From a virus (taxonomy: Duplodnaviria > Caudoviricetes): a stretch of 36,534 nucleotides of DNA. Position numbers and translations under genes: made by a program. Location of the stretch: IMG/VR virus record IMGVR_UViG_3300032163_000058, positions 1 to 36,534 of that record; one strand, 5' to 3'. This document shows positions 8,846 through 17,690 of the stretch, in pieces. How positions within the stretch are numbered: position 1 is the stretch's first letter; every line of letters starts with the position of its first letter. Under the pieces are notes generated by a model. That model did not search any database. It saw nothing but the letters and a program-made list of their open reading frames with translations, and was not told where the DNA came from.

Positions 8846-10033
8846 CTAAAACGCCATCTGATAAGCCGTCGCAATTTCGACGGCGGTCGCGGCGCGGTTG
8901 AGGAGGAGGGCGTGAGCCAGAAGACCATTATTCACAATCGTTGGTGTAGTTTGTCTGGCTCCAATTACACATCCATTACTAGGCAACCCACCAGACCAAT
9001 TTCCCAATGCAGTCAAGGTCGAGCCGACCTGCACGCCATTTACGTAATCTTTTTTTGTGTCGGCGCTTTTACTGATAGTTATACAGGCAAACCACCAGTC
9101 AGAAAAACTTATTGGACTATGGTTATAGACTTTGATTGTTCCTCCAGCGACATGAACAAACGCATACGTATTATTACCTGCTGCTTTAACAAGCTCTGTC
9201 CTATTGTTGGCATCCACGAACATTGAAATTTGCGCTCGATTTAGTGTATCTGTCCACACTGAGACCGATGCAAATTTTATCCAGATTGCTAATGTGTGTT
9301 CTGCCGAGTTGAACGCCGACGCCAACACCGCTGAGTAGACGTTGGTGAACGAAGTCGAGCCATCGTACAGCCCGCTCGACCGCCCATCGCCGATGCCGCC
9401 TGCATTAAGACCAACGTTTGAATAAATGCCCTCTGTCCCGCCCATCACGCTGACCGAATCGAAATAAGCGATCCCGCCATTGGCCGCCGGGCACATGATG
9501 TCGATGCGAACGGAGATACAAGCGGCAGGCGCAACGAAATTTATCTCGTAGCGCGTATAGGTTGTTCCAGCTATTCCCGTTGAGGTTGTGGCGATGATGT
9601 CTGCCGCATTCGTAACATCACGCACGAGATAACGGCCTGCGTTCGTGGCATCGCCGCGCGTCCAGAAAGATAAACCGTAAATCATCCCAGGACGGACAAC
9701 TATTGTTTGATCTACTTTTGTGTTGGCGGTTGCTCCGGCTGTGATTTTTGCGGCATGAGCGCCTGCCTGAAATAGCACGGCCTCATCTGCCAATGCGCCA
9801 TCACCCGCCGTTTCCGTCCACGTGCCCCAGATGTCCGCCCCGCCGCCGCCCGCCGTCTCAAAGCCGCCATTCGCGAGCATCTCGACTTTGCGGGCAGAAA
9901 ACTCGTGGGCAATCGAGCCAGCCGCCTCGCCCAGCGGCCAATACCCGATGATGGATGACAGGCCGAATAGGCTGACGATTGATTCGGCGTAATCCGGCTT
10001 GTTCAATCGATGAATCAAAATTGGCGAAGGCAT
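8846..10033 (-). CDS. LamG/concanavalin-like virion protein with inserted CBM4/9-like domain
   Basis: GYWPLGEAAGS start and ALLLNRAATAVEI end of LamG; EMLANGGFE..YFDSVSV CBM-like insert. Confidence 0.75.
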   Translation of the reverse strand: MPSPILIHRLNKPDYAESIVSLFGLSSIIGYWPLGEAAGSIAHEFSARKVEMLANGGFETAGGGGADIWGTWTETAGDGALADEAVLFQAGAHAAKITAGATANTKVDQTIVVRPGMIYGLSFWTRGDATNAGRYLVRDVTNAADIIATTSTGIAGTTYTRYEINFVAPAACISVRIDIMCPAANGGIAYFDSVSVMGGTEGIYSNVGLNAGGIGDGRSSGLYDGSTSFTNVYSAVLASAFNSAEHTLAIWIKFASVSVWTDTLNRAQISMFVDANNRTELVKAAGNNTYAFVHVAGGTIKVYNHSPISFSDWWFACITISKSADTKKDYVNGVQVGSTLTALGNWSGGLPSNGCVIGARQTTPTIVNNGLLAHALLLNRAATAVEIATAYQMAF

Positions 10034-10044
10034 AGTGAATTTCG

Positions 10045-10075
10045 AGCCTTGCCTGCGTGTACGCGCAAGCAGGCT
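10045..10075. other. Intergenic hairpin
   Basis: Imperfect inverted repeat AGCCTTGCCTGCG / CGCAAGCAGGCT; no U-tract. Confidence 0.45.
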
Positions 10076-10081
10076 GAAAGA

Positions 10082-10570
10082 TTATTCGTCGGCGAGAATC
10101 ACAATCCGGAACATCGGCAGATTACCTGCGGCGATATTGAGCGCGCCGCGCGCCTGCAACTGCGCCCACATGCGGCGATTTTCTTGAACATAAGGCCGTC
10201 CGATATTTTTCGCTTCCGAGAATTGCCCATTCGTCGCATCGCCGAAGGTCGTGAACTGGATGCGCGTGATGACTTTTATCAGGTCATTGTCCAGAAACGA
10301 AAGCGGATTGTTATCGGTCTGGATGGCGGGCGCATCGTCCATCAGCCACAAATCGACCTGCAAGCCCTCATCGTCCAAATCGTAATAGGACGCCGCCTGA
10401 ATGATGCCGCTGGCAGGCACGCGAAACATGAACGCCGTCCCAATTGCGTCGAGGTCGGCATAGGCTGCGGCCACGCCGATGCCGGGCGGCGTGAGTAGTC
10501 GCGTCTGGAAATTCTTTCCGACTGCAACAGTCGTTCGGCCCAATTCTTTGTCTTGCGCTGAATCTGCCAT
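10082..10570 (-). CDS. Putative virion structural (head decoration) protein
   Basis: In head module; beta-rich; GAGG SD. Confidence 0.6.
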   Translation of the reverse strand: MADSAQDKELGRTTVAVGKNFQTRLLTPPGIGVAAAYADLDAIGTAFMFRVPASGIIQAASYYDLDDEGLQVDLWLMDDAPAIQTDNNPLSFLDNDLIKVITRIQFTTFGDATNGQFSEAKNIGRPYVQENRRMWAQLQARGALNIAAGNLPMFRIVILADE

Positions 10571-10586
10571 TGTCTATTTCCTCGAA

Positions 10587-10620
10587 AGCGGGCAGGCACG
10601 GACTAGCCGTCCTGCCCGCT
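10587..10620. terminator. GC-rich intergenic hairpin (weak terminator or stabiliser)
   Basis: AGCGGGCAGG / CCTGCCCGCT perfect 10-bp stem plus inner ACGG/CCGT. Confidence 0.5.
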
Positions 10621-10647
10621 ATTATTGTGGAGAACCAGTCAGTGTGA

Positions 10648-11316
10648 CTAGCCCAAATCGATTTGCAGCTCTGCGAAAGTTGCGCCGATGATCGCCGTGC
10701 CCGCCGCTGTTCCGGCTACCGCATTGAATGCCATGACGCCGCCGGGAGGAGTGATTACCGCTCCGCGCATATCCGCCCAAACAGATGCGCCCAAATTCGT
10801 GGTTGGGCTGGAAATCAAGCCTGAGCACAACACGCGCCATAGATTCGTGGTCTGTCCAGCAGCGGTATTGGCGACTGCGCGCCGCATCCGCCCGCTGTAG
10901 CCGACCTTCCCGCTTCGGCTGGAAACGAGTTGGGCCGTATCATCGGTCGGGACCGTCGCGACGACTGGCACATTCTGGCCGATAAGAGTCATCGGTTGAG
11001 CAGCGCCCATGCTGGTGATGTTATACAGCCAGGCCGAAAGCCAAACCAGGCTTTTGCCGCCTGCCGGTTCGCCGTTGTATACGACCAGTTCACCGCGCGT
11101 AGTCGGCCAAGCCGCCACGTAGGTAAATGCCGAGCCGGTGGCAATTGCCACGTCCCAGACCACGCCCAGCCGCACAAGTTCAGTTAGTGGGGGTAGGCCT
11201 TGAGCAACGATCATATCCAGACCGTTGTTCATATTCGGCGAGAGATACGATCCTGCGGGTATGTTGGGCCGGGTATTCGTTCGGATTGTTCCGTTAAGCA
11301 CGATTGAGTCTGCCAT
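10648..11316 (-). CDS. Putative virion structural protein
   Basis: 222-aa Ala/Gly/Thr-rich ORF with AAGGA SD in head module. Confidence 0.6.
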   Translation of the reverse strand: MADSIVLNGTIRTNTRPNIPAGSYLSPNMNNGLDMIVAQGLPPLTELVRLGVVWDVAIATGSAFTYVAAWPTTRGELVVYNGEPAGGKSLVWLSAWLYNITSMGAAQPMTLIGQNVPVVATVPTDDTAQLVSSRSGKVGYSGRMRRAVANTAAGQTTNLWRVLCSGLISSPTTNLGASVWADMRGAVITPPGGVMAFNAVAGTAAGTAIIGATFAELQIDLG

Positions 11317-11336
11317 GTTTCAGTTTCCTTTCCAAA

Positions 11337-12251
11337 TTAAGTTGCTACTGGGTCAAGCACGCCTTGCCGGTCGCCGATGTCCACTGAGTAATTCTGAATC
11401 ACGCTCATTGTTGAACCAACGTTGATATTTGTGGTCGCATTGCCTGAAAGAAGCGTGCCGACACCGTTATAGGCCACGATGCCGGTCGATGTTGCGGCGA
11501 TTTTGATGCACTTATCGGCGCTGTCGGGCGTTTGTGAAATCAGATTACGAAGGATGCTGGCTTTCGTGATTGCTCCTGCGGCCAGAATTGCGCCCGTCAC
11601 CCAGTTGCCACATAGCACGTTATCGCGGATGATACAGCGATCCGGCGTGCCCGGCAGAGAAATCGCCGCTGTATTGTTTGTGCCGTAAGCATAAAACTCG
11701 CAATTCTCAACAATCATCCGATCGCTTCCGCCCGCTGCCGCTCCCAAAATCCAGATGAGCGCATTGAGGATTACGCTCGTATCGACGAATTCGCAGTTGC
11801 GGATTGTGAAGCCATCCGAGTTCACGTCGATAGCGGCGGCGATATCGACCTTGTTCGCGACGAAACGCAGATTATCAAACGTGATATTCGCGGCGTCAAT
11901 GTCGATATCGGCCAGCGCATCTGTGGATAGCGTGATCGTTGGCCGCTGGTCGCCTATACCCAGACCTTTAATCGTGATGCCGATAGTATCCGCATCCCAG
12001 CCTGCAGCGGCTATGATGCTTTCAGCATGCCCGGCTGCAACGAATACCACATCACCCGAGGCCAATAGGCCGCTATCCAATGCCGCCGCGACTGTAGACC
12101 AGGGCATATCTGGATTTGAACCATAGCCCGCAGTTGTTCCTTTTCCGCTTGCGTTGCTATCCACATACCAGATATTGCCGAGTGTGAGAGCAGTATTATC
12201 TACATGGAAGACGCCGCCCGGTATATGCCTGACAAAAAGTGGTGATCCCAT
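11337..12251 (-). CDS. Right-handed beta-helix (pectin lyase-like) head fibre/decoration protein, paralog B
   Basis: IWYVDS..PWSTVAAALD..GDVVFVAAGHAE, repeated TIRNCEF/IVENCEF rungs. Confidence 0.7.
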   Translation of the reverse strand: MGSPLFVRHIPGGVFHVDNTALTLGNIWYVDSNASGKGTTAGYGSNPDMPWSTVAAALDSGLLASGDVVFVAAGHAESIIAAAGWDADTIGITIKGLGIGDQRPTITLSTDALADIDIDAANITFDNLRFVANKVDIAAAIDVNSDGFTIRNCEFVDTSVILNALIWILGAAAGGSDRMIVENCEFYAYGTNNTAAISLPGTPDRCIIRDNVLCGNWVTGAILAAGAITKASILRNLISQTPDSADKCIKIAATSTGIVAYNGVGTLLSGNATTNINVGSTMSVIQNYSVDIGDRQGVLDPVAT

Positions 12252-12269
12252 TGTTTGTTCCTTCTCTCG

Positions 12270-13187
12270 CTAGGTTGCCGCCGGGTCGAGTACGCCCTGC
12301 CGGTCGCCTTCGTCTACAGCGTAATTTTGAATGAGAGTCATTGCCGCGCCGGCTGTAATCTGGTCGGTTGTATTATCCGTCTCGCGTCCGCCGACGCCAT
12401 TGTAGGCCACGACGCCGGTCGAGGCCGCTGCGATATTGATACAGACATCGTCGCCTGCATCCAGATTGCTGATGACGTTCCTGAGAATACTAGCATTCGT
12501 GATTGCGCCCGCCGCGAGAATTGCAGCTGTGCCCCAATCACCAATGAAGATATTGTCACGGACAATACAGCGATCCTCTGCTGAGGGCATGCTGATTGCC
12601 GCTGTGTCAGCCGTGCCGAAAGCATAGAATTCACAGTTTTCCACAACCATTCGGTCAGATACATTTGCGCCCCCACCCAGTATCCAGATTGCGGCATTCA
12701 AAACTGCGCTCGTATCAATGAATTCACAATTGCGACAGGTAAACCCATCCGAATTTACATCGATAGCGGCGGCGATGTCCAAGAAATTGGCGATGAAACG
12801 AAGATTCTCGAACGTGATATTGGCGGCATCGATATCGATATCGGCTAGATTGCTTGTATCAATGGTGATCGTCGGACGAAGGTCGCTAACGCCCAGACCC
12901 TTGATGGTGATACCAATCGTATCTGCATCCCAGCCTGCAGCGGCGCTAATAGTTTCGGCATGGCCTGCGCCCACTATGATGATATCGCCTGCGGCTAGAT
13001 TGCCGCTATCGAGCGCCGCCGCGACCGTGGACCAGGGCGCATCGGGCGTAAAACCAAATAGTGCTGTCGCGCCTTTTCTTGCTGACGTGCTATCCACGTA
13101 CCAGATATTGCCAACAGTCAAGGCATTCGGATCGACGTAATAGACGCCACCGGGTTGAGTTCTGTTGAAGAGAGGAGATCGTGCCAT
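12270..13187 (-). CDS. Right-handed beta-helix head fibre/decoration protein, paralog A
   Basis: Colinear and highly similar to 11337-12251 along its whole length. Confidence 0.7.
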   Translation of the reverse strand: MARSPLFNRTQPGGVYYVDPNALTVGNIWYVDSTSARKGATALFGFTPDAPWSTVAAALDSGNLAAGDIIIVGAGHAETISAAAGWDADTIGITIKGLGVSDLRPTITIDTSNLADIDIDAANITFENLRFIANFLDIAAAIDVNSDGFTCRNCEFIDTSAVLNAAIWILGGGANVSDRMVVENCEFYAFGTADTAAISMPSAEDRCIVRDNIFIGDWGTAAILAAGAITNASILRNVISNLDAGDDVCINIAAASTGVVAYNGVGGRETDNTTDQITAGAAMTLIQNYAVDEGDRQGVLDPAAT

Positions 13188-13223
13188 TGTCGGATTCCTT
13201 TCGTGACCGCTGTCATGGCTCTG

Positions 13224-13265
13224 GCGGGGATAACGGTATGGGAGGAGGTCATCCGTTATCCCCGC
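13224..13265. other. Intergenic hairpin, 13-bp perfect stem
   Basis: GCGGGGATAACGG / CCGTTATCCCCGC. Confidence 0.6.
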
Positions 13266-13289
13266 GCCTGAGTGAGAGTATGGCGATTG

Positions 13290-13781
13290 TTAATCGGTGA
13301 TGATCGATGTAGTAAGCGCCGGAGCGCCCTGATCTTTCATCAGCGCAAGTCCAAAAATCTGGACGGTATTACTTCCATGCCCGCCGCTATCAGCCAGATA
13401 GACGCAATCATAGTCCGATGCCTGAGTGAGATGCAGTTCCGGATCAACCTCGATGAATGCCAACACCGGATTTTCCGTGGCCGGATCGATAGTCAATGAG
13501 GCTGCCGCTGTCTGTGGTACGAGTGTATCGCTTGTAGTTCCGGCATCGATATCCTTCCAAATCTTGTGCACTGCCGCAGTGGGCGCATTCGTTCCCGATG
13601 CGACATTGGTTGCTTGAGTTGGAGTGAGTACCAAATCGGTATCATTCGCGCCGGAATGGAAAATGAGCCACCCGAATTTCAGCACATTCTTGAGCGATAC
13701 CGTATCGCATACTACTGCGTTAGCCGCTCCGCTGTAGAGCAGAACAGGTTTAACTTGCTGAAGAAGAGTAGTGAGATTCAT
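13290..13781 (-). CDS. Putative capsid decoration/cement protein
   Basis: Immediately after major capsid; AAGGA SD; beta-sandwich-like pattern. Confidence 0.6.
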   Translation of the reverse strand: MNLTTLLQQVKPVLLYSGAANAVVCDTVSLKNVLKFGWLIFHSGANDTDLVLTPTQATNVASGTNAPTAAVHKIWKDIDAGTTSDTLVPQTAAASLTIDPATENPVLAFIEVDPELHLTQASDYDCVYLADSGGHGSNTVQIFGLALMKDQGAPALTTSIITD

Positions 13782-13807
13782 GTCAATTATCCTTTTCGCT
13801 TTCCGCG

Positions 13808-15988
13808 CTATGAACGAGTTTCCAGCGTGATATAAGGCGACAACGAATTGCCGGCCTTCGGGGTGAGCGCCACATTCCAGAGTGGTTCAGCCTGATAGCG
13901 GATGATGAACCTTAGCACCATCTCGGCAGTCAGAAAGGCCACGTGCATAGATGAATCGGTCTTCATTCCACCTTTGCTGACGCCCAAGTATTGACTGAAA
14001 TCTACCAGGCTGATATCTCCAACCGTTCCCAATGCCGGGAGATATTCAACGAATTCAACATCCGCGCCAAAGATATTGAATTTTCCACCGGCGAATGTTA
14101 CGCCCAACGGACTCAGGCCGCCTGTTCCGGCGGGAATCGTCATCTGCATCAATTGCGGGAAGATGGTTTTATTCGCATAAAACTTTGCCTGTCCTTCACT
14201 CCCCGGCCACAGTCGTTCCCACATGTTGACCAGATTCTTGTAGGTGAGAGTCGCGGCAGGCTGTACGTTATCTTTTGTTACGCTGATAGTCGCGGCAGCC
14301 TTCAGGATGCCGGTCGATTCGCCCGCGCCGCTGCCATTGAATAATTCGTCTTCCATCTTGAAAGATGCCTCTTGCGGATATTGACGATTGACCATGCCCT
14401 CCAATTGCGTGGCATCTTCCAGGCTTTCATCAGTGAGATAGACAACAGCCCCGATTTTGCCGGGCTTGATTTCCTTCCGGCGCAGTTTTGGACGTGTCGG
14501 GAGAAGCGTGCCGCCCTCGCCGATGCGGTAGACTTGCACCCCGCCGAAGCGCGAACCATTCGCGCGGCTACTTTCGTCGATGAGCAAGGCAGAAAAAGCG
14601 TTGGAATTTGGGCCAAGCGGCTGTTCAGGAACGCGCGCGAGCACTTTGCCGATGTCATAAACTCTCTCAATCAGCGTATTGGAGTATTCGGTTTGCACAA
14701 ATGCTCCGCCAGCATCCAATGTGCCCTCATTCATGCCGAGCGCCTTGAATTCTGATTGCCGCTTGAGATTGTATTGTGCAATGCGTGGATCAGCATCGTT
14801 TGGCGCAAGCGCCGTTTTGATGACGGCCTTGACCTGATCGCCCAGACTTTTGAACGGGCCTCGCGATTCGCGCGGCTCTGCCGGTTCGGATGCCCGTCCG
14901 TTGAAGATAGCCGGCGCGGCTAGTTTTGCCTCTGCCGCTTTGAGGCGGGCGGACAATTCAACAATCACTTCATCAACAGTTTTTGTGGGCATAGTCTTTG
15001 CTCCTTTGATTCGCTGCGGCTTGGGCGGTTCTACAGCCTGGCCCGCGGGCGGCTGATTGTCTGCCGCGCCTGCGTCCATCTTCATCATTTCCGCTTTCGC
15101 CAATTCGGGTGTGTCGAATGGCTTAGAAACAGGATCACCCGTCGCTTCGCCGTTCTCGTCCACCGCGTAGATGTAATATTTACCTTGAAGTTCAAAAACG
15201 TCGTGCATTGCTTTCTCCTTTGGTGAAGTATCGGCGGGCAGGCCTGCCTGCTGTGCGGTAGGCAGGTCGGGGATGAGTCCGAGTGCTTTGGCGGCGGTGA
15301 GCACATTGCCGCCGAATTCTTTTGTGTTGCGCCAATCCATCGGCTTGATGGTCAGCGTGTCGCGCTTGAGCGGCCATAGTTCAATTTCGCCGTTGGCTTT
15401 AACTTTGACGCCAGTATCAACCGCCTCGCTGGATGTGCCAACCAGTCCGGCAGTAATCAAATCTTTGAGCCATTGCACATATTTATTGCGCTTGTTCAGC
15501 ACGCGCTTGACGAATACGCCCTGCTCGTCTATAGCCTTCGTTGCCCAGTCCACGTAACCGAGCACATCATCGCGCTGAGGCATCCCTGGATCGCCATCCT
15601 GTCCATGCTCCCAATCCTCGGGCAGACGGCCAATGGCCGTGTAATTGCTTTCGAGTTCGGTTGCCTTCGTGAAGAATTCACCTGCTGAACCATCGGCATT
15701 TTTTCGCGCCGGTTCTGTATTACCCACATTTCCGAAGGCGGTCAAATCGCGTCCGCCAAACAGGACGATATAATTTCCCACAACAAATTCGTTATCAGTT
15801 TCCGAAATGGCTTTGAGCGCGTTATCTACCGGCCCGACAATTTCAATAGCCTTATTCCACAGCATATCCTCGACGCCATCCGGCTTTGCCTTGCCGCTAA
15901 TAGCAGCGTTGCAAATAGCATAGGCGCTATCTCGAGAATGGCCTTGCCCCATCACTTGTTCAACGCATCGTTCAAGTTTTGCCGGCAT
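13808..15988 (-). CDS. Fused prohead protease-scaffold-major capsid protein (HK97 fold)
   Basis: N-terminal protease-like region (VGNYIVLFG, GEFFT, DWEHG, GTSSEA); C-terminal HK97 capsid motifs (GGAFVQTEY, VYRIGEG, ELFNGSGAGESTGIL, GDISLVDFSQY); no stop between them; exact start uncertain. Confidence 0.85.
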   Translation of the reverse strand: MPAKLERCVEQVMGQGHSRDSAYAICNAAISGKAKPDGVEDMLWNKAIEIVGPVDNALKAISETDNEFVVGNYIVLFGGRDLTAFGNVGNTEPARKNADGSAGEFFTKATELESNYTAIGRLPEDWEHGQDGDPGMPQRDDVLGYVDWATKAIDEQGVFVKRVLNKRNKYVQWLKDLITAGLVGTSSEAVDTGVKVKANGEIELWPLKRDTLTIKPMDWRNTKEFGGNVLTAAKALGLIPDLPTAQQAGLPADTSPKEKAMHDVFELQGKYYIYAVDENGEATGDPVSKPFDTPELAKAEMMKMDAGAADNQPPAGQAVEPPKPQRIKGAKTMPTKTVDEVIVELSARLKAAEAKLAAPAIFNGRASEPAEPRESRGPFKSLGDQVKAVIKTALAPNDADPRIAQYNLKRQSEFKALGMNEGTLDAGGAFVQTEYSNTLIERVYDIGKVLARVPEQPLGPNSNAFSALLIDESSRANGSRFGGVQVYRIGEGGTLLPTRPKLRRKEIKPGKIGAVVYLTDESLEDATQLEGMVNRQYPQEASFKMEDELFNGSGAGESTGILKAAATISVTKDNVQPAATLTYKNLVNMWERLWPGSEGQAKFYANKTIFPQLMQMTIPAGTGGLSPLGVTFAGGKFNIFGADVEFVEYLPALGTVGDISLVDFSQYLGVSKGGMKTDSSMHVAFLTAEMVLRFIIRYQAEPLWNVALTPKAGNSLSPYITLETRS

Positions 15989-16033
15989 AATTTCAATCGC
16001 ATCTGCCTGTGCGCACACGCAGACAGGTAAAAT

Positions 16034-16075
16034 AAAAAAAGCCCGCCGCCTGATTGCTCAGGCAGACGGGCTTTT
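16034..16075 (-). terminator. Intrinsic terminator upstream of capsid gene
   Basis: AAAAGCCCGTCTGCCTGA-GCAA-TCAGGCGGCGGGC followed by T7 on the minus strand. Confidence 0.75.
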
Positions 16076-16151
16076 GCGGGTCTTCTCCGATTTGCGGCGG
16101 GTCCTGAGTGAAATCGAAGGACGGGCCGCGCGGGGGTATTAGGTTGCTGAA

Positions 16152-16179
16152 ATTATACGCCTATTTTGTCAAGGCGCAA
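16152..16179 (-). promoter_or_regulatory. Sigma70-like promoter for the capsid leader
   Basis: TTGCGC-16-TATAAT; a TTGACA also lies 9 nt upstream of the -10. Confidence 0.55.
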
Positions 16180-16182
16180 GTA

Positions 16183-16383
16183 TCAACGTTTCCGCTCCAA
16201 TTCGCATACCTCGGCAATAACATCAGCCATAATGAGCAGCGCCCGACGCAGAGCAATCAGGAGCATACGCGAGCGCGGGTCGATCGGCTCGCGGCTTTCG
16301 ACGATGATAGGCACGACTGACAGAATAGGCGTCGTCGTCATGCGTTCCATCGGGCGCGGATAGGTCGAGGCGGGTTGGGTCAT
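16183..16383 (-). CDS. Hypothetical protein
   Basis: 66-aa ORF tightly packed in the operon. Confidence 0.5.
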   Translation of the reverse strand: MTQPASTYPRPMERMTTTPILSVVPIIVESREPIDPRSRMLLIALRRALLIMADVIAEVCELERKR

Positions 16384-16384
16384 G

Positions 16385-16570
16385 TCAATCTTTTTGCATC
16401 ATGATTCCTAATGAAATCAGCGCAGTAATCAAAAAAACAATTCCTATTGCTCCGAACGTCAACCAGTATCCAATCTGTTGCGCAACGAGATAGATTATAA
16501 CGCCTAGTAGTGCTCCCACTGGAGACCATTGCAGGAAAAAACCAAGTTTTTTAGTAAATGTATTTCTCAT
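16385..16570 (-). CDS. Small two-TM membrane protein (AT-rich, moron-like)
   Basis: Two hydrophobic stretches; lower GC than flanks. Confidence 0.6.
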   Translation of the reverse strand: MRNTFTKKLGFFLQWSPVGALLGVIIYLVAQQIGYWLTFGAIGIVFLITALISLGIMMQKD

Positions 16571-17034
16571 TTCGGCCTCAATCCTGCTCTAATCAACGTC
16601 CGCCGCACGATGTCCTCCCATCGTTCTGCGATAGCCCGTTGACCTTCGCGCGCTACGTCAATCAATTTTTTCCAGCCGATATACTCCATTACGTCGGTCT
16701 GTTCCTCGCCGATAACGTAGGGCGCATAACTGGCGGTATTGCGAATGCGAGTCATCCAGCCCTTCGTATCGGTGACGAATCGCCTATCCATCTGCTCAGA
16801 TTTATGCGTGTTGTAATTGGCATACTGCATCCCCGTTCCCCGGATGTAGTAAGGCGGCGGCGGTTGGTTGGCCTGTGTCTCTGGTGGATAAAACGGCTTT
16901 CCCCCGCCCTGGTCGGCCAATACAACCTCGGAGGCGGCGCGGCTGAATTCGCTTTGAACCGCTTTCAGATAGCGCGGGAATTTTTCCAGCGCTGCTTCGA
17001 GTTCCTTCAGGCCTTTGACTTGGATTGAAATCAT
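16567..17034 (-). CDS. HK97 gp10-like tail completion/neck protein
   Basis: ISIQVKGLKELEAALEK and IRNTASYAPYV motifs. Confidence 0.65.
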   Translation of the reverse strand: MISIQVKGLKELEAALEKFPRYLKAVQSEFSRAASEVVLADQGGGKPFYPPETQANQPPPPYYIRGTGMQYANYNTHKSEQMDRRFVTDTKGWMTRIRNTASYAPYVIGEEQTDVMEYIGWKKLIDVAREGQRAIAERWEDIVRRTLIRAGLRPK

Positions 17035-17690
17035 TACATCACCTGATTACCTTGCCTATCGTATAGGCCGCATTGACAATTGTAACCACCACATTTCAAG
17101 GTTGCGCTGCCCGGTTCACGCGGGATGAATCCTTTGTCAGTGAACCATGAGAGACGATGCTGTTGCCCGTTGAGATTCAAGCACGTATCACAATGCTCTG
17201 TTTCTCCATATTTCCACGTCACCATCATATCAGCCTGTGCGCTTGCCAGTCCTTGCACTCTCAGCACCATTAGTGCCGCTGCCCACATTGCTAATCGCCG
17301 CTCCACTTCTGCATCCGCTTTTATTTTCGCGTCACCCTCAGCTTGCTTTGCGTCGGCCATTGCTTGCGCCAGTCCAAGAGCAAATATCGTCTGGGCTGCA
17401 ATCCATTCGTCAATCGTCATCCTATCGCTGGCGGTCGCCTCGCCTTCCGGGTCTTCAACGCCGCCCGCCTGCATTCCATCGTAGTAGGCTTTGAATGCCC
17501 AAAATAGCAGCAGGGCAATGATCGCCTCTTTGAGTTTGTCGCTATCCTTCTCATCGCTTGCCGCAAGTTTGTGAAGTTCGCCGGCATAATTTGTTTCGAT
17601 GCTCGCCTTTACAGATTTTATTCCGCGCTCTCGCTCGAGTTTCACAATTGCGCGGCGAACTAGATTCACCAATTGCGCGCGCTCAACCAT
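17034..17690 (-). CDS. MuF/SPP1 gp7-like minor head protein
   Basis: After portal; W..EHCDTCLNLNGQ..CGGYNCQC motif. Confidence 0.7.
   Translation of the reverse strand: MVERAQLVNLVRRAIVKLERERGIKSVKASIETNYAGELHKLAASDEKDSDKLKEAIIALLLFWAFKAYYDGMQAGGVEDPEGEATASDRMTIDEWIAAQTIFALGLAQAMADAKQAEGDAKIKADAEVERRLAMWAAALMVLRVQGLASAQADMMVTWKYGETEHCDTCLNLNGQQHRLSWFTDKGFIPREPGSATLKCGGYNCQCGLYDRQGNQVM

Noticed and set aside
11337-13187. Diversity-generating retroelement (TR/VR pair)
   Set aside because: The similarity is whole-gene paralogy with synonymous changes, not adenine-specific, and no reverse transcriptase was found.
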